56,566 nt of DNA from contig JAGXNO010000023.1 in the NCBI GenBank assembly GCA_019894975.1, positions 1 through 56,566 of the forward strand. Reading direction: 5' to 3'. The stretch comes from Promethearchaeota archaeon. Lineage in GTDB: Archaea > Asgardarchaeota > Lokiarchaeia > Sigyniarchaeales > SOKP01. The notes beneath the pieces were generated by a model, which saw nothing but the letters and a program-made list of their open reading frames with translations, was not told the origin of the DNA and made no database searches. Of this stretch, positions 30,794-39,919 are shown in pieces. The translations under genes were made by a program, and so were the position numbers. Position 1 is the first letter of the stretch. Every line of letters begins with the position of its first letter.

Positions 30794-31549
30794 ATGGATT
30801 TAAGAGATATGACTGTTTGTATAACAGGAGCCGCAAGTGGTATTGGACACGCAATAAGTCTAGGTTTTCTTGAAGACGGAGCCAAAGTTGTAGCTCTAGA
30901 CATTAATAAGGATGGATTAGGACCACTTAAAGAAAAAGGAGCCATTACAAAGATTATCGATGTTACTGATTTTACTCAGGTAAGTTCGATGGTCAAAACA
31001 GCTGTAGATGAAACAGGACGTCTTGATGTCCTTTTCAACAATGCAGGGGTTGGGAGAATAAGAAATATTCATGAATTTAAGGATGATGAATATGAACAAG
31101 TGATTCGTGTCAATCTTTTTGGACCTGTTTATGGAATACGTGCTGCAATTCCCGTTATGAGATCTCAGAACTTTGGTCGTATAATTAACCTTGTATCCCG
31201 AGCTGCTGAAGCGGGAAATAATCGAATGGCTCCTTACAATTCCTCTAAAGCTGCTCTATGGTCAATAACAAGAAGTGCTGCTGTTGAAAATATCGAGTAT
31301 GATATTTTAATCAATGGTATGATTCCTGGACCCACAAAAACACGTATGATGCCACAAGGACAAGATCCTAAGGTTGTTTACCCTTCTGCAAAGTGGATGG
31401 CTACATTACCCTCAGGAGGGCCTACAGGAAAGGTCTTTTGGAATCAAAAAGAGTATGTTATGTTTGATAAAGAGAATGTCTCCTTTCGGTTTTTTAAGAG
31501 AAACTGGAAAACTGGTGAAAATACAGCATTAAATTTAGATGAGAGATAG
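30794..31549 (+). CDS. Short-chain dehydrogenase/reductase
   Basis: TGAASGIG, NNAG, YNSSK. Confidence 0.93.
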   Translation: MDLRDMTVCITGAASGIGHAISLGFLEDGAKVVALDINKDGLGPLKEKGAITKIIDVTDFTQVSSMVKTAVDETGRLDVLFNNAGVGRIRNIHEFKDDEYEQVIRVNLFGPVYGIRAAIPVMRSQNFGRIINLVSRAAEAGNNRMAPYNSSKAALWSITRSAAVENIEYDILINGMIPGPTKTRMMPQGQDPKVVYPSAKWMATLPSGGPTGKVFWNQKEYVMFDKENVSFRFFKRNWKTGENTALNLDER

Positions 31550-31554
31550 ATCTT

Positions 31555-32343
31555 ATGGTTACTGAAAAATTTGATTTAGGAGAGGTACAGATTGAAGCTT
31601 TAGTCAATGGATCAGGTGATATTATTATTTTATTACCAGGTCTGGGAGGAGATGCTACTAATTTTAATTATTTCACCCCTTTACTTAATATCGCAGGTTA
31701 TAAGACAGTAGCTATTAACATGAGAGGAATTGGATTAAGTAAAGGTCCTCTTGTAGACTTAACGCTACATGATTTTGCTAATGATATTGCTGGCGTGATA
31801 AAATGTCTAGGGGAAAAACCTGTTCATGTACTAGGGTGGGCATATGGAAATCGTGTGACTCGATGCCTTGCGGAAGATTACCCACACTTAGTTAGTACGG
31901 TTATATTAATAGCAGCAGGGGGTAAAGTTCCACCTGATGAAGATACATCAAAAATGTTTGCGAAATTGTGGAAACCAAACTTAAGTGGAGAAGAAAGATT
32001 AAAGGCAATTAAATTTTCACTTTTTTCACCCTCAACAGATATGGAAATAATAATACGGTCAATGAGCGGGAGGAAAACATGGCCAGAAGCAACTCAATCG
32101 CAATCAAAAGCAAATATAGCAACTCCAATTGATGAATGGTGGAATGGTGGAAAAGCACCTATGTTGGTTATACAAGGCACAGATGACCGAATGGCAGTTC
32201 CAGAAAATGGCAGAATTCTAAAAAAAGACAATCAAAAAAGAGTTAAACTGATATATTTAGAGAAAGCAGGTCATCTTATGATTTATGAGCAACCAGAAAC
32301 GATTGCTAACAAAATAATATCATTTATTTCAAATTTAACCTAA
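31555..32343 (+). CDS. Alpha/beta-hydrolase fold protein lacking the nucleophile Ser
   Basis: MRGIGLS, elbow GWAYG, QGTDD, AGH. Confidence 0.85.
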   Translation: MVTEKFDLGEVQIEALVNGSGDIIILLPGLGGDATNFNYFTPLLNIAGYKTVAINMRGIGLSKGPLVDLTLHDFANDIAGVIKCLGEKPVHVLGWAYGNRVTRCLAEDYPHLVSTVILIAAGGKVPPDEDTSKMFAKLWKPNLSGEERLKAIKFSLFSPSTDMEIIIRSMSGRKTWPEATQSQSKANIATPIDEWWNGGKAPMLVIQGTDDRMAVPENGRILKKDNQKRVKLIYLEKAGHLMIYEQPETIANKIISFISNLT

Positions 32344-32402
32344 ATTTCACTTGATTCAAATAAAGTAATGAGGAAAAAAATTAAAAAATGGAATAAAAAA
32401 GA

Positions 32403-34154
32403 TTACTCTTGGAATTTTTCTAGAAGTTCCTCAATTTCTGCCTGAATAACTTCGGGTTTCTTTGCCGTTTTACCCTTTATCGCGAGTTGCCTCTCTATAA
32501 TTGGTCTGTGGAGCGTGTTCATGGCACAGAAAGGGATCTCCCGAACTTTAGTAGGGTCATCAGGATCTATGACTCCGTAATGGACAAGACAGCTACATAC
32601 TCTGTCAAGATCGAAGTTGTAAGCATCTTGGAAATGCATACTTGATATGAGTAAATTACGTGTATGTAGGAAATTTGCGGCAGAGTTAAAGTTTGGGTTC
32701 ATTACCAATCTAGCAAACCCTTGATAAGTTTTGCTGGTTAGGATTTTTCCAGGTTCTTTAATAAAGCGTGCTGCACCTGCGAAGTAGTACGCCTTTATAA
32801 TTTGACGATATCCTAAATCAGTCATGTCATCCACGAACTCTCCGATTTTTGAGAAAATTGGACCAAGATCGTTTAGGTTTATACCCTTTAGCAGCCCTGT
32901 AGGCTTAGGAACTTCACGCTCTTGAACCATATCCCATACTTTGTTCGACCATTTGATTAATCCAGTGACATCGAAGTAATCCTCGAGGGCTTCCCACTCT
33001 CCCTTGTCGTTGATTATTATTATTGAGCAAAAGCCGCAGTCCTGATGACTTGTCATGCTAAACGCGGGCATTTCGTCAAACCAAGCAAGTAATTGAGTCA
33101 TTTTGGCTGTAGTTGCGATAGGATAAAATTGACCGATTGCTCCATTCGTATGTTTATTTATTGCTTCTTTAAGATCAGAAGTGGTATATCTAATATCCAT
33201 TAATTCTTCGAAGCTGATACGACCTGTTAATGATACAGGCTGGAATATAACACCAGAAACAACATCAGAATTATCCCTAGCATAATCTAAAATATTTCCG
33301 ACTTGATTATCATTTATCCCTTTAGCGATAACTGGGACTAACACAATTCCAAAAAATCTAGCTTTTCGGGCGTTTTCTATAACTCTCTTTTTAAGAGGCC
33401 AAAGGTTCACACCTCGTATTTTTTTCCAGACCTCAGGAGCATCAGTTGCATCAAATTGTAAATAAATCGCATTCATTCCTGCTTCCTGGCATTTTTTAAG
33501 GAATTCGGGTTCTTTACCAAATCTAACACCATTAGTCGTTACCATTAATTCAGTAAATCCTAGTTCCTTTCCTTTTCGAATGATATCGGGGAGATCATCT
33601 CTAACAGTAGGTTCTCCGCCTGATAATTGGAGTAATACAGCAGGAACAGGCTTCATTGATCGAAAATGTTCCATTATTTGTACAATTTGATCAAATGAAG
33701 GTTCTACTATATATCCTTTAGCACTTGCGTTGGCAAAACAAATAGGACATGTAAGATTGCATCGATTAGTAATGTCTATTAAGCAAATATTTGGGGCGCT
33801 TTTGTGATTGGAACAAAGTCCACAATCATAAGGACACCCTTTATTAACTTCTTTAATTCCCGATGAGACAGATTCTGGTTTTGTAGTTGTATTTACAGTA
33901 GATCCTATGCTTGTTGTGAATCCTTGTTGCCATTTGTAATCTTCGGGATTAATTGATAACTTATCTTTAAATTCTCCATGATCTTTACAATTCTTTACCA
34001 TCATAACCCAGTTTGTTTCTGGATCAACTACGATATCAGCGGGAATGTGCTTCATACACTCAGGGCAGAGAGAAGTTGTCTTCCTAATTATCTCACCGTA
34101 TTGTTTCTTTTCCTTTTTATTAGTTTGAGTCTCAAGCTCAGTCATAAACATCAA
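32403..34154 (-). CDS. tes: Tetraether lipid synthase (Tes / GDGT-MAS, MJ0619-like) radical SAM enzyme
   Basis: SLCPEC..C..HG N-terminal metal site, CPYDCGLC..H, CNLTCPICFA, C-terminal MHFQDAYNFDLDRVCSCLVHY...IPFCAMN. Confidence 0.85.
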   Translation of the reverse strand: MMFMTELETQTNKKEKKQYGEIIRKTTSLCPECMKHIPADIVVDPETNWVMMVKNCKDHGEFKDKLSINPEDYKWQQGFTTSIGSTVNTTTKPESVSSGIKEVNKGCPYDCGLCSNHKSAPNICLIDITNRCNLTCPICFANASAKGYIVEPSFDQIVQIMEHFRSMKPVPAVLLQLSGGEPTVRDDLPDIIRKGKELGFTELMVTTNGVRFGKEPEFLKKCQEAGMNAIYLQFDATDAPEVWKKIRGVNLWPLKKRVIENARKARFFGIVLVPVIAKGINDNQVGNILDYARDNSDVVSGVIFQPVSLTGRISFEELMDIRYTTSDLKEAINKHTNGAIGQFYPIATTAKMTQLLAWFDEMPAFSMTSHQDCGFCSIIIINDKGEWEALEDYFDVTGLIKWSNKVWDMVQEREVPKPTGLLKGINLNDLGPIFSKIGEFVDDMTDLGYRQIIKAYYFAGAARFIKEPGKILTSKTYQGFARLVMNPNFNSAANFLHTRNLLISSMHFQDAYNFDLDRVCSCLVHYGVIDPDDPTKVREIPFCAMNTLHRPIIERQLAIKGKTAKKPEVIQAEIEELLEKFQE

Positions 34155-34168
34155 TATATGTTTTGAAA

Positions 34169-34215
34169 TTTAATTAAATTAATGTTTTAATTAAATAATG
34201 TTTTAATTAAACATT
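34169..34215. promoter_or_regulatory. Triple palindromic TTTAATTAAA array upstream of tes
   Basis: TTTAATTAAA at 34169, 34186 and 34202; the last two lie in a direct repeat of TAATGTTTTAATTAAA. Confidence 0.45.
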
Positions 34216-34290
34216 GGAATCTTTTAAATTTTATAGTATTATTGATAGTATCTATAGTATTATTAAAAAAACTCCAAATTTTTAATAACA

Positions 34291-34415
34291 CTAGATATTT
34301 TCCCCCTATTTTTGATATTTTTGTAAACTCTCTTGCAAAGGGCAAAGTGCCTTTGCCTTTTTTCCTTGAAGATTTCTATAATCTTCAGCTAAAAGAGAAT
34401 ATAGAGAATATCTAG
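34291..34415 (+). ncRNA. Candidate multi-branched structured RNA
   Basis: 12-bp closing stem 34291-34302/34404-34415 encloses hairpins 34335-34356 and 34367-34387 and tandem AUUUUUG motifs. Confidence 0.5.
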
Positions 34416-34570
34416 AGCAACAAGGTTGGTTAATTTAAAGACCGATTATTAGGTTTATATTAAATTATTTTTTCAATAGAGGGTAGAAATATATAAATAT
34501 TAAAGGCTTTTAATTAAATGACAGAAATATCACAAAAGATAAAAGAGTTTTAAATTAAACTATAAGGGTA

Positions 34571-35107
34571 ATGGATATGGACAAAGAAAAAGACGATAAA
34601 GGAAATATTTTATTAGCAGATTCTTATGAAACACATATTACTGCCTTGCAGTATATAGAGAATAAGAAAGAAATTAGGGAAGAAGTCTATAAAGATACTA
34701 CTTTATGGGGGAATAAATTAGGAAATGATTTCTTGTTTGATATTGTTAACCTCTTAAAATGGGAATTGGATGAATTATCACATCCGGATCCAGCTTATCA
34801 AGAACATAAGTTCATCAGAGTTAGCAGTTTATTAAGAAATTTTAAATCTGAACTTCGGGAAAAAGGAGACTTGGAAGAAGCCCTTAACGACTATATAGAG
34901 GAATTAAACGAATTTAGGTTCACCACGTCAAGAGAAGGTTCTTATCCTGGAGCACCTGAAATAGACATCCCGATCACAGCCGAACAAATCAAGGAAAGAC
35001 TGTATGATATACGTCGATTTAAAATTGAGGTATATAAGAGTGCTCTAGAAGAGTACAAGAAGAACAAAGAAGAATATAATCATTTCATAGATATTCCAGA
35101 CGTTTAA
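34571..35107 (+). CDS. Hypothetical acidic, helical protein
   Basis: 178-aa ORF, no recognised motif. Confidence 0.7.
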   Translation: MDMDKEKDDKGNILLADSYETHITALQYIENKKEIREEVYKDTTLWGNKLGNDFLFDIVNLLKWELDELSHPDPAYQEHKFIRVSSLLRNFKSELREKGDLEEALNDYIEELNEFRFTTSREGSYPGAPEIDIPITAEQIKERLYDIRRFKIEVYKSALEEYKKNKEEYNHFIDIPDV

Positions 35108-35257
35108 ATAAGAATTTTTTTTAAATTTGTTACCTTCCATTTTTGTAAGAGCCAGTTTGTTTTTTTCTGTTACTTGATAAATATTTATGACTAAAGTTTT
35201 ATTAGCTTAACCATTTCACTATCTTTCTGTTAAATCTTACTTTTGCATGAAGTTCTC

Positions 35258-35420
35258 TAAAAAATCTCTTAAGAGAATCTCCGAAAACGAAGAAGGTAGA
35301 GCCCCCTGCCAACGGACGCAATATTAGCGTCAAAAAATACAATAGGGGGAGGAGGGCGAAATCAGAGTGTAAAATTTACACTACCAAAAGACAAAAATCC
35401 AGGGTGTAGGCAGGAGGCAT
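35258..35420 (-). ncRNA. Candidate structured ncRNA, copy 2 (homolog of 113-254); ends approximate
   Basis: Same 21-nt motif and same order of stems, with compensatory changes; locally GC-rich; T-tract follows on the minus strand (~35259-35264). Confidence 0.65.
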
Positions 35421-35663
35421 ATTAGGTTTAATTTTTTTTGATTTTTTGATCTATTGTATTTTAATAATTTAATTTGTGATGTATTTTTATAAATTATGGT
35501 ACAATTTTCATCCTAAAGATAGTATATGTTTAGGCGTTTATAAATAAAATTAATGGTGGTTACAATTTCCCATTCAATTAAATAATAATTATAGTTAATA
35601 TTATTAATTCTATAGAGTATTATTCAAGTTATATGGTTAAAAAACTGTCTTTTTGATTTTATA

Positions 35664-36062
35664 ATGATGAGTGACAATAAAGAACAGACGGTAGGAAGAC
35701 CAGAACCAGAATTTAAATTTACAATTTTCACGGTAATATGGATTATAATAGGTTTTATTGCCTCCTGGATAAATATGTTAGTTATTTTAGATACGATGCA
35801 AATTTGGTCATATTTAAGCGTAATATTTACAACTATCATTCCTGGAGTTATCATTGGATTAAAAGATAGATATTGGGGATATGGGTATATGGGGGGTTTT
35901 GCGATTGCGGGTATTCCTTTTTCCTTCTTCAAAGATTCTCATGGTTATCTATTTGTTGGCTGGTATACATTCGCAACAGCCCTTTTTATATTTATTATCA
36001 TCATGCTTATTTTTTGGACAGCATGGAGATCGATTTCTGCAATTAAACGAGTAGAAGATTGA
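35664..36062 (+). CDS. Small membrane protein (~4 TM)
   Basis: Hydrophobic segments. Confidence 0.75.
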   Translation: MMSDNKEQTVGRPEPEFKFTIFTVIWIIIGFIASWINMLVILDTMQIWSYLSVIFTTIIPGVIIGLKDRYWGYGYMGGFAIAGIPFSFFKDSHGYLFVGWYTFATALFIFIIIMLIFWTAWRSISAIKRVED

Positions 36063-36082
36063 TAAAGAATTTGACATAAATC

Positions 36083-36289
36083 TTACATTAAAATAAGTTG
36101 TTTACATTTAACGCAGAGTTTGGCTTCGGTTCTAGCTTTTTCAGCACATTTCATGCAATATTTTGTTTTACATGAGGGGCAAGTATACACTTTTCCTTCA
36201 ATATCCCCCTTATGGAGAAGACAGAAGTTCTCATTTACTTTGATAGAAGGGGGAAGAACGGGAGGAGGAGGATTTTTTTTGATGTCCAT
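36083..36289 (-). CDS. Small RING-like zinc-finger protein with Pro-rich N-terminus
   Basis: CLLH-x10-CPSC-x4-CMKC-x10-CVKC gives eight ligands in RING-like spacing. Confidence 0.65.
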   Translation of the reverse strand: MDIKKNPPPPVLPPSIKVNENFCLLHKGDIEGKVYTCPSCKTKYCMKCAEKARTEAKLCVKCKQLILM

Positions 36290-36334
36290 GATATTATATT
36301 AAAAAATAAGGTGTTTAGTAAAGAACCAATAAGA

Positions 36335-36805
36335 CTATGAAAGACTAGGAATATTTTCAATGTGAACACTTATAACGTTAGCCACAGCCATGAATTTTTG
36401 ATTGATATCTTCGACAGATAGGTCTCCTGTATCTATCATTTCTCCGATAAAATAGGTTTCATAGTAACAACGCTCCATTTCGTAGCACAGGCCTGTGGTG
36501 TGAAGGATTTCTTTACTCAAACTGAGTTCGTTCAGTACATTCGAAATTCCTTTTACGAGATCGGGAGAAAACTCTTTCAATTTTATGAGAATTTTTTTAA
36601 TGTTCTTTTTCTGTGTTGGAAAGCAACTAATTTTAACAACGTCTTCCCTTGAAATGAAGATTAACAGATAATAAGGAGAACTCATAATTTCTTCTTTAAT
36701 TTCGGAGGGGAAAATTGGATTGTTATCTAATTCATTATTAGTTAAAATTAAGCCAACTGAAATCTTATTTTTTTGTGCGGAATTGTCGGGTTCCATAATA
36801 ATCAA
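36335..36805 (-). CDS. Hypothetical protein with ACT-like C-terminal domain
   Basis: ILIKLKEFSPDLVKGISNVLNEL...ILHTTG...VISVHIE alternating strand/helix pattern. Confidence 0.5.
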   Translation of the reverse strand: MIIMEPDNSAQKNKISVGLILTNNELDNNPIFPSEIKEEIMSSPYYLLIFISREDVVKISCFPTQKKNIKKILIKLKEFSPDLVKGISNVLNELSLSKEILHTTGLCYEMERCYYETYFIGEMIDTGDLSVEDINQKFMAVANVISVHIENIPSLS

Positions 36806-36987
36806 AATCTTTAGAGTAATTAATGGTAATATTTCTGAAAACTATATAAATTTTTATGATTTTTTTTGAATTTTTTTTAAGATATTTCCCCCAAGTAATA
36901 CTAAGATATTATTTGTATTTTATATATAAGTCTTTTTTAGGTTATTTGAGGATAGTATACATCAGTTTTTTAGGTTAAGTCTTTAAT

Positions 36988-37476
36988 ATGTCTTTCTATA
37001 ATAAAGTAAATAGGAATTATGGTTTTAATTTAGAAAAACTTAGATCTCAAGAAAATCTTTTTCATGCTATCTATTTTTTAGATTACGAATCTGGTTCACT
37101 ACTTGTAAGCAATAGGTTTTCAAAAAACTTAAGCTTCTTAAAAGATGATTTAATTTGTAGCTTTCTAAATGCAATTAATTTGTTTATTAACGAATTGAAG
37201 GAAGGGGCCAGGGAAGAAATTCAAGAAATTAATTTTAAAGACACAAGAATATTATATGAGAGGGAAGGTCGTTTAGTAGTTATAGCAATTACAAAGAAAA
37301 ATGATCTTCATATAGAAAGAGGAGTTATTAGGGAAATTCTAGAGGACTTTTATTATCGATTTAAAAATCATATTAATAATTTCAATGGTTCCATAGCTCC
37401 AGCTATTAGCGATTATAAAAAAAGACTTGAATGCATGAATTTAGACTCGCTATTCAAGTTCAATACAAAGATTTAG
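36988..37476 (+). CDS. Longin-like domain protein
   Basis: AIYFLDYESGSLLVS...DLICSFLNAINLFINEL...IQEINFKDTRILYE...ILEDFYYRF longin pattern. Confidence 0.65.
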   Translation: MSFYNKVNRNYGFNLEKLRSQENLFHAIYFLDYESGSLLVSNRFSKNLSFLKDDLICSFLNAINLFINELKEGAREEIQEINFKDTRILYEREGRLVVIAITKKNDLHIERGVIREILEDFYYRFKNHINNFNGSIAPAISDYKKRLECMNLDSLFKFNTKI

Positions 37477-37479
37477 AAC

Positions 37480-38841
37480 TTAGGATGAATCATTATCATC
37501 TTTCTTAAGCTTCTCAACTTCAGATTCAAATTTATCCACAATATCTTTAGCATCTTTTTTTATTTCAATCTGATGTTCAACTATTTCCTTTTGTTCATCA
37601 ATATCTTTTGCTCTTTTCTCAATAGTGCTTAGTATTTTTTCAGCAGTGCCATTGATATCAGGATGCAACTCCCTCAAATGAGCTGTAGTATCTTTTTTAC
37701 GATCAATCATAAAAGCTTTTTCTTCTATAGATTTTTCTATTTTTTCTGCTGTCCCCTGTATGTCCGCGTGTAGTTCTACTCGTTTAGCGAGACTTTCTTT
37801 TTGTCGATCCATCATAAATGCCTTTTCTCCAATTGTTTTACTTATAGCTTCAGCTTTTTCATCAAGATTAGGATGAACATCTAAATGTTTATCTTTTTCT
37901 CGGGTAATTAAAAAGGCTTTCTCTGAAACAACATCTTTTATAGCTTCCGCTGCTTTATCCATGTCAGGATGAAGACTTATACGCTGTTCATCTAGTTCTT
38001 TTTGTTTTTCCATCCTAAATGCCTTCTCAGATACAGCCCCCTCTATTGCTCCTGCTACCTTATCTCTGTCAGGATGAAGACTGAAGCGTTGTTTTTCTAA
38101 TTCTTTTTGCTTTTCCACCCTAAATGATTTCTCAGACACAGCACTCTCAATAGCTTCTACTGCTTTACCCATATCAGGATGAAGAGAGGTACGCTGTTCA
38201 TCTAATTCTCTTTGTTTTTCCATTCGAAAAACTTTCTCAGACACTGTTCCTTTTATAGCTTCAGCAGCCTTATCCATTTCAGGATGAAGACCAGTACGCT
38301 GTTTGTCTAATTCCCTCTGTTTTTCCATCCGGAAAGCTTTCTCAGAAACTTTGCCCTCTATTGCCTCTGCAGCCTTGTCCATTTCGGGATGGAGAGCGAT
38401 ACGTTGCTCATCTAATTCTCTTTGTTTTGCCATCCTAAAAGCTTTCTCAGACACTGTTCCTTGTATAGCTTCAGCAGCCTTATCCATTTCAGGATGGAGA
38501 GCGATACGTTGTTCGTCTAATTCTCTTTGTTTTTCCATCCTAAAAGCTTTCTCAGACACAGTACCCTCTATTGCCTCTGCCGCTTTATCCATTTCAGGAT
38601 GTAATTCTTTCAATTGGGCTGTAGTTTCTTTATGACGATCAATTCTGAAGGCTTTTTCTTCAATTATATCCGAAATTAATTTCGTACTTTCTTCAAAAGC
38701 TCTTTTTCTTTCATCCTCAGTAATTCTTAGGTAAGATTCTCTATCTTCCTTTTCTTTCTTATAGAGATCATCTACCATTTTTTTATCTGCTTCAATTTCT
38801 TCCTTAGTTGGAGGTTTTTCATTCTCAGCCAATATTCTCAC
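37480..38841 (-). CDS. Charged helical protein with about ten 35-aa tandem repeats
   Basis: Repeat unit LHPEMDKAAEAIEGTVSEKAFRMEKQRELDEQRIA. Confidence 0.85.
   Translation of the reverse strand: MRILAENEKPPTKEEIEADKKMVDDLYKKEKEDRESYLRITEDERKRAFEESTKLISDIIEEKAFRIDRHKETTAQLKELHPEMDKAAEAIEGTVSEKAFRMEKQRELDEQRIALHPEMDKAAEAIQGTVSEKAFRMAKQRELDEQRIALHPEMDKAAEAIEGKVSEKAFRMEKQRELDKQRTGLHPEMDKAAEAIKGTVSEKVFRMEKQRELDEQRTSLHPDMGKAVEAIESAVSEKSFRVEKQKELEKQRFSLHPDRDKVAGAIEGAVSEKAFRMEKQKELDEQRISLHPDMDKAAEAIKDVVSEKAFLITREKDKHLDVHPNLDEKAEAISKTIGEKAFMMDRQKESLAKRVELHADIQGTAEKIEKSIEEKAFMIDRKKDTTAHLRELHPDINGTAEKILSTIEKRAKDIDEQKEIVEHQIEIKKDAKDIVDKFESEVEKLKKDDNDSS
37600..38604 (-). repeat. Coding tandem repeat, 105-bp period, ~10 copies degrading towards the C-terminus
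   Basis: Periodic LHP..D..AEAI...SEKAF motif. Confidence 0.9.
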
Positions 38842-38979
38842 TTTCTCAAAGTTAAAAACCTGTTTTTAAATATAATAGTTGAATTGGTATTTAATTTTTT
38901 TTAGATTTAGATATAGAAATTATTTTAATTCATTCACAAAATATCTTTATTCAATCTTTGCTATTTAATCTTTTTAGGT

Positions 38980-39729
38980 TTATTTAATAGGTATAGGCTC
39001 AAACGAATCGTCTGGAATTTGTTCCATTAAGCTTAACATTGTTAGTTTCATATTAAGCATTTCTATTGCTTCCAAATTCAATTTTTTAGATTTTTCTGAA
39101 TCTTTTGATAAGTTACATTTAGCAAACAATCTATTTAACTCTTGTAATAATTTATCAATGAGTTTCTCTTGGTTATCTAAACTAATTTCCTGATTTTTCA
39201 ACCAACTATCTATTTCACTCTTAATTTGAGTTTCATCACCATTATTTGTCTCATAACTCACTAGGACTTCTTGGTTAGTATTTAAATTAGAAATATAGGA
39301 TTGATCTTGATACATTGGTTTAATTAATAATCCTAAGTTTGTTATTAAGGGTTGAGTTTCAAGTTTTTCTAATGAATCGGTTAAAAATTCTAGTACTTGA
39401 TTTTCAGGAGTAATTTTTGAATAGTTCATATATTTTTGAAGAAAAAACATAATTGTGTTTTTAACAAGAATTTCTTCATAATCATAGATATTTTCAGGTT
39501 TAATTTCAAGAGTATTAGTTATACATGTATAAAGTGAATTCATAAAGGGTTTGTTGTCTTGAAACAATGAAAATTTGTTTACAAAGTTGAGAATATCACC
39601 AATAATTTCAAGTTTGTTTTCTTCTGGTTCTGCATTGCAATAATGATTAAGACCTTGCTCCAAGTCAAAGTTTTCGTCGGAGATTGATAAGAGTTGCTTT
39701 ATCTCAGAAAAAACAGAACTAAGATCCAC
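38980..39729 (-). CDS. Hypothetical protein
   Basis: 249-aa ORF, no recognised motif. Confidence 0.7.
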   Translation of the reverse strand: MDLSSVFSEIKQLLSISDENFDLEQGLNHYCNAEPEENKLEIIGDILNFVNKFSLFQDNKPFMNSLYTCITNTLEIKPENIYDYEEILVKNTIMFFLQKYMNYSKITPENQVLEFLTDSLEKLETQPLITNLGLLIKPMYQDQSYISNLNTNQEVLVSYETNNGDETQIKSEIDSWLKNQEISLDNQEKLIDKLLQELNRLFAKCNLSKDSEKSKKLNLEAIEMLNMKLTMLSLMEQIPDDSFEPIPIK

Positions 39730-39863
39730 AATAAGTTATTTTGTTAATAATCTTTATAAAAGCTTTTCATTTTTGAAAAAGATGAAAGTCAAAAATTTTA
39801 AAATGCAGTGATGATTAAGGCTTTCTTACCATGCTTTTGTGGCATTTTAGAAAGGTTTTTTAG

Positions 39864-39892
39864 TCTTGATATATATCATCTCTTGATATATA
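39864..39892. promoter_or_regulatory. Candidate PadR operator
   Basis: Perfect palindrome TGATATATATCA (39867-39878) and direct repeat TCTTGATATATA (39864, 39881) just upstream of the padR-ABC operon. Confidence 0.5.
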
Positions 39893-39919
39893 GCAAATAT
39901 AAAATATAAGGTTAAACAC

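Noticed and set aside
35376-35420. 14-codon ORF as the conserved unit of the two-copy element
   Set aside because: Copy 1 has no start codon and an upstream in-frame stop; conservation follows base pairing
35624-35932. 102-aa minus-strand ORF
   Set aside because: Antisense shadow of the membrane protein gene 35664-36062
37600-38604. CRISPR-like array
   Set aside because: Contiguous in-frame coding repeats without unique spacers; no cas genes
39799-39849. C/D-box sRNA candidate (GTGATGA inside an 8-bp terminal stem)
   Set aside because: No CTGA D box before the closing stem; internal pairing is weak
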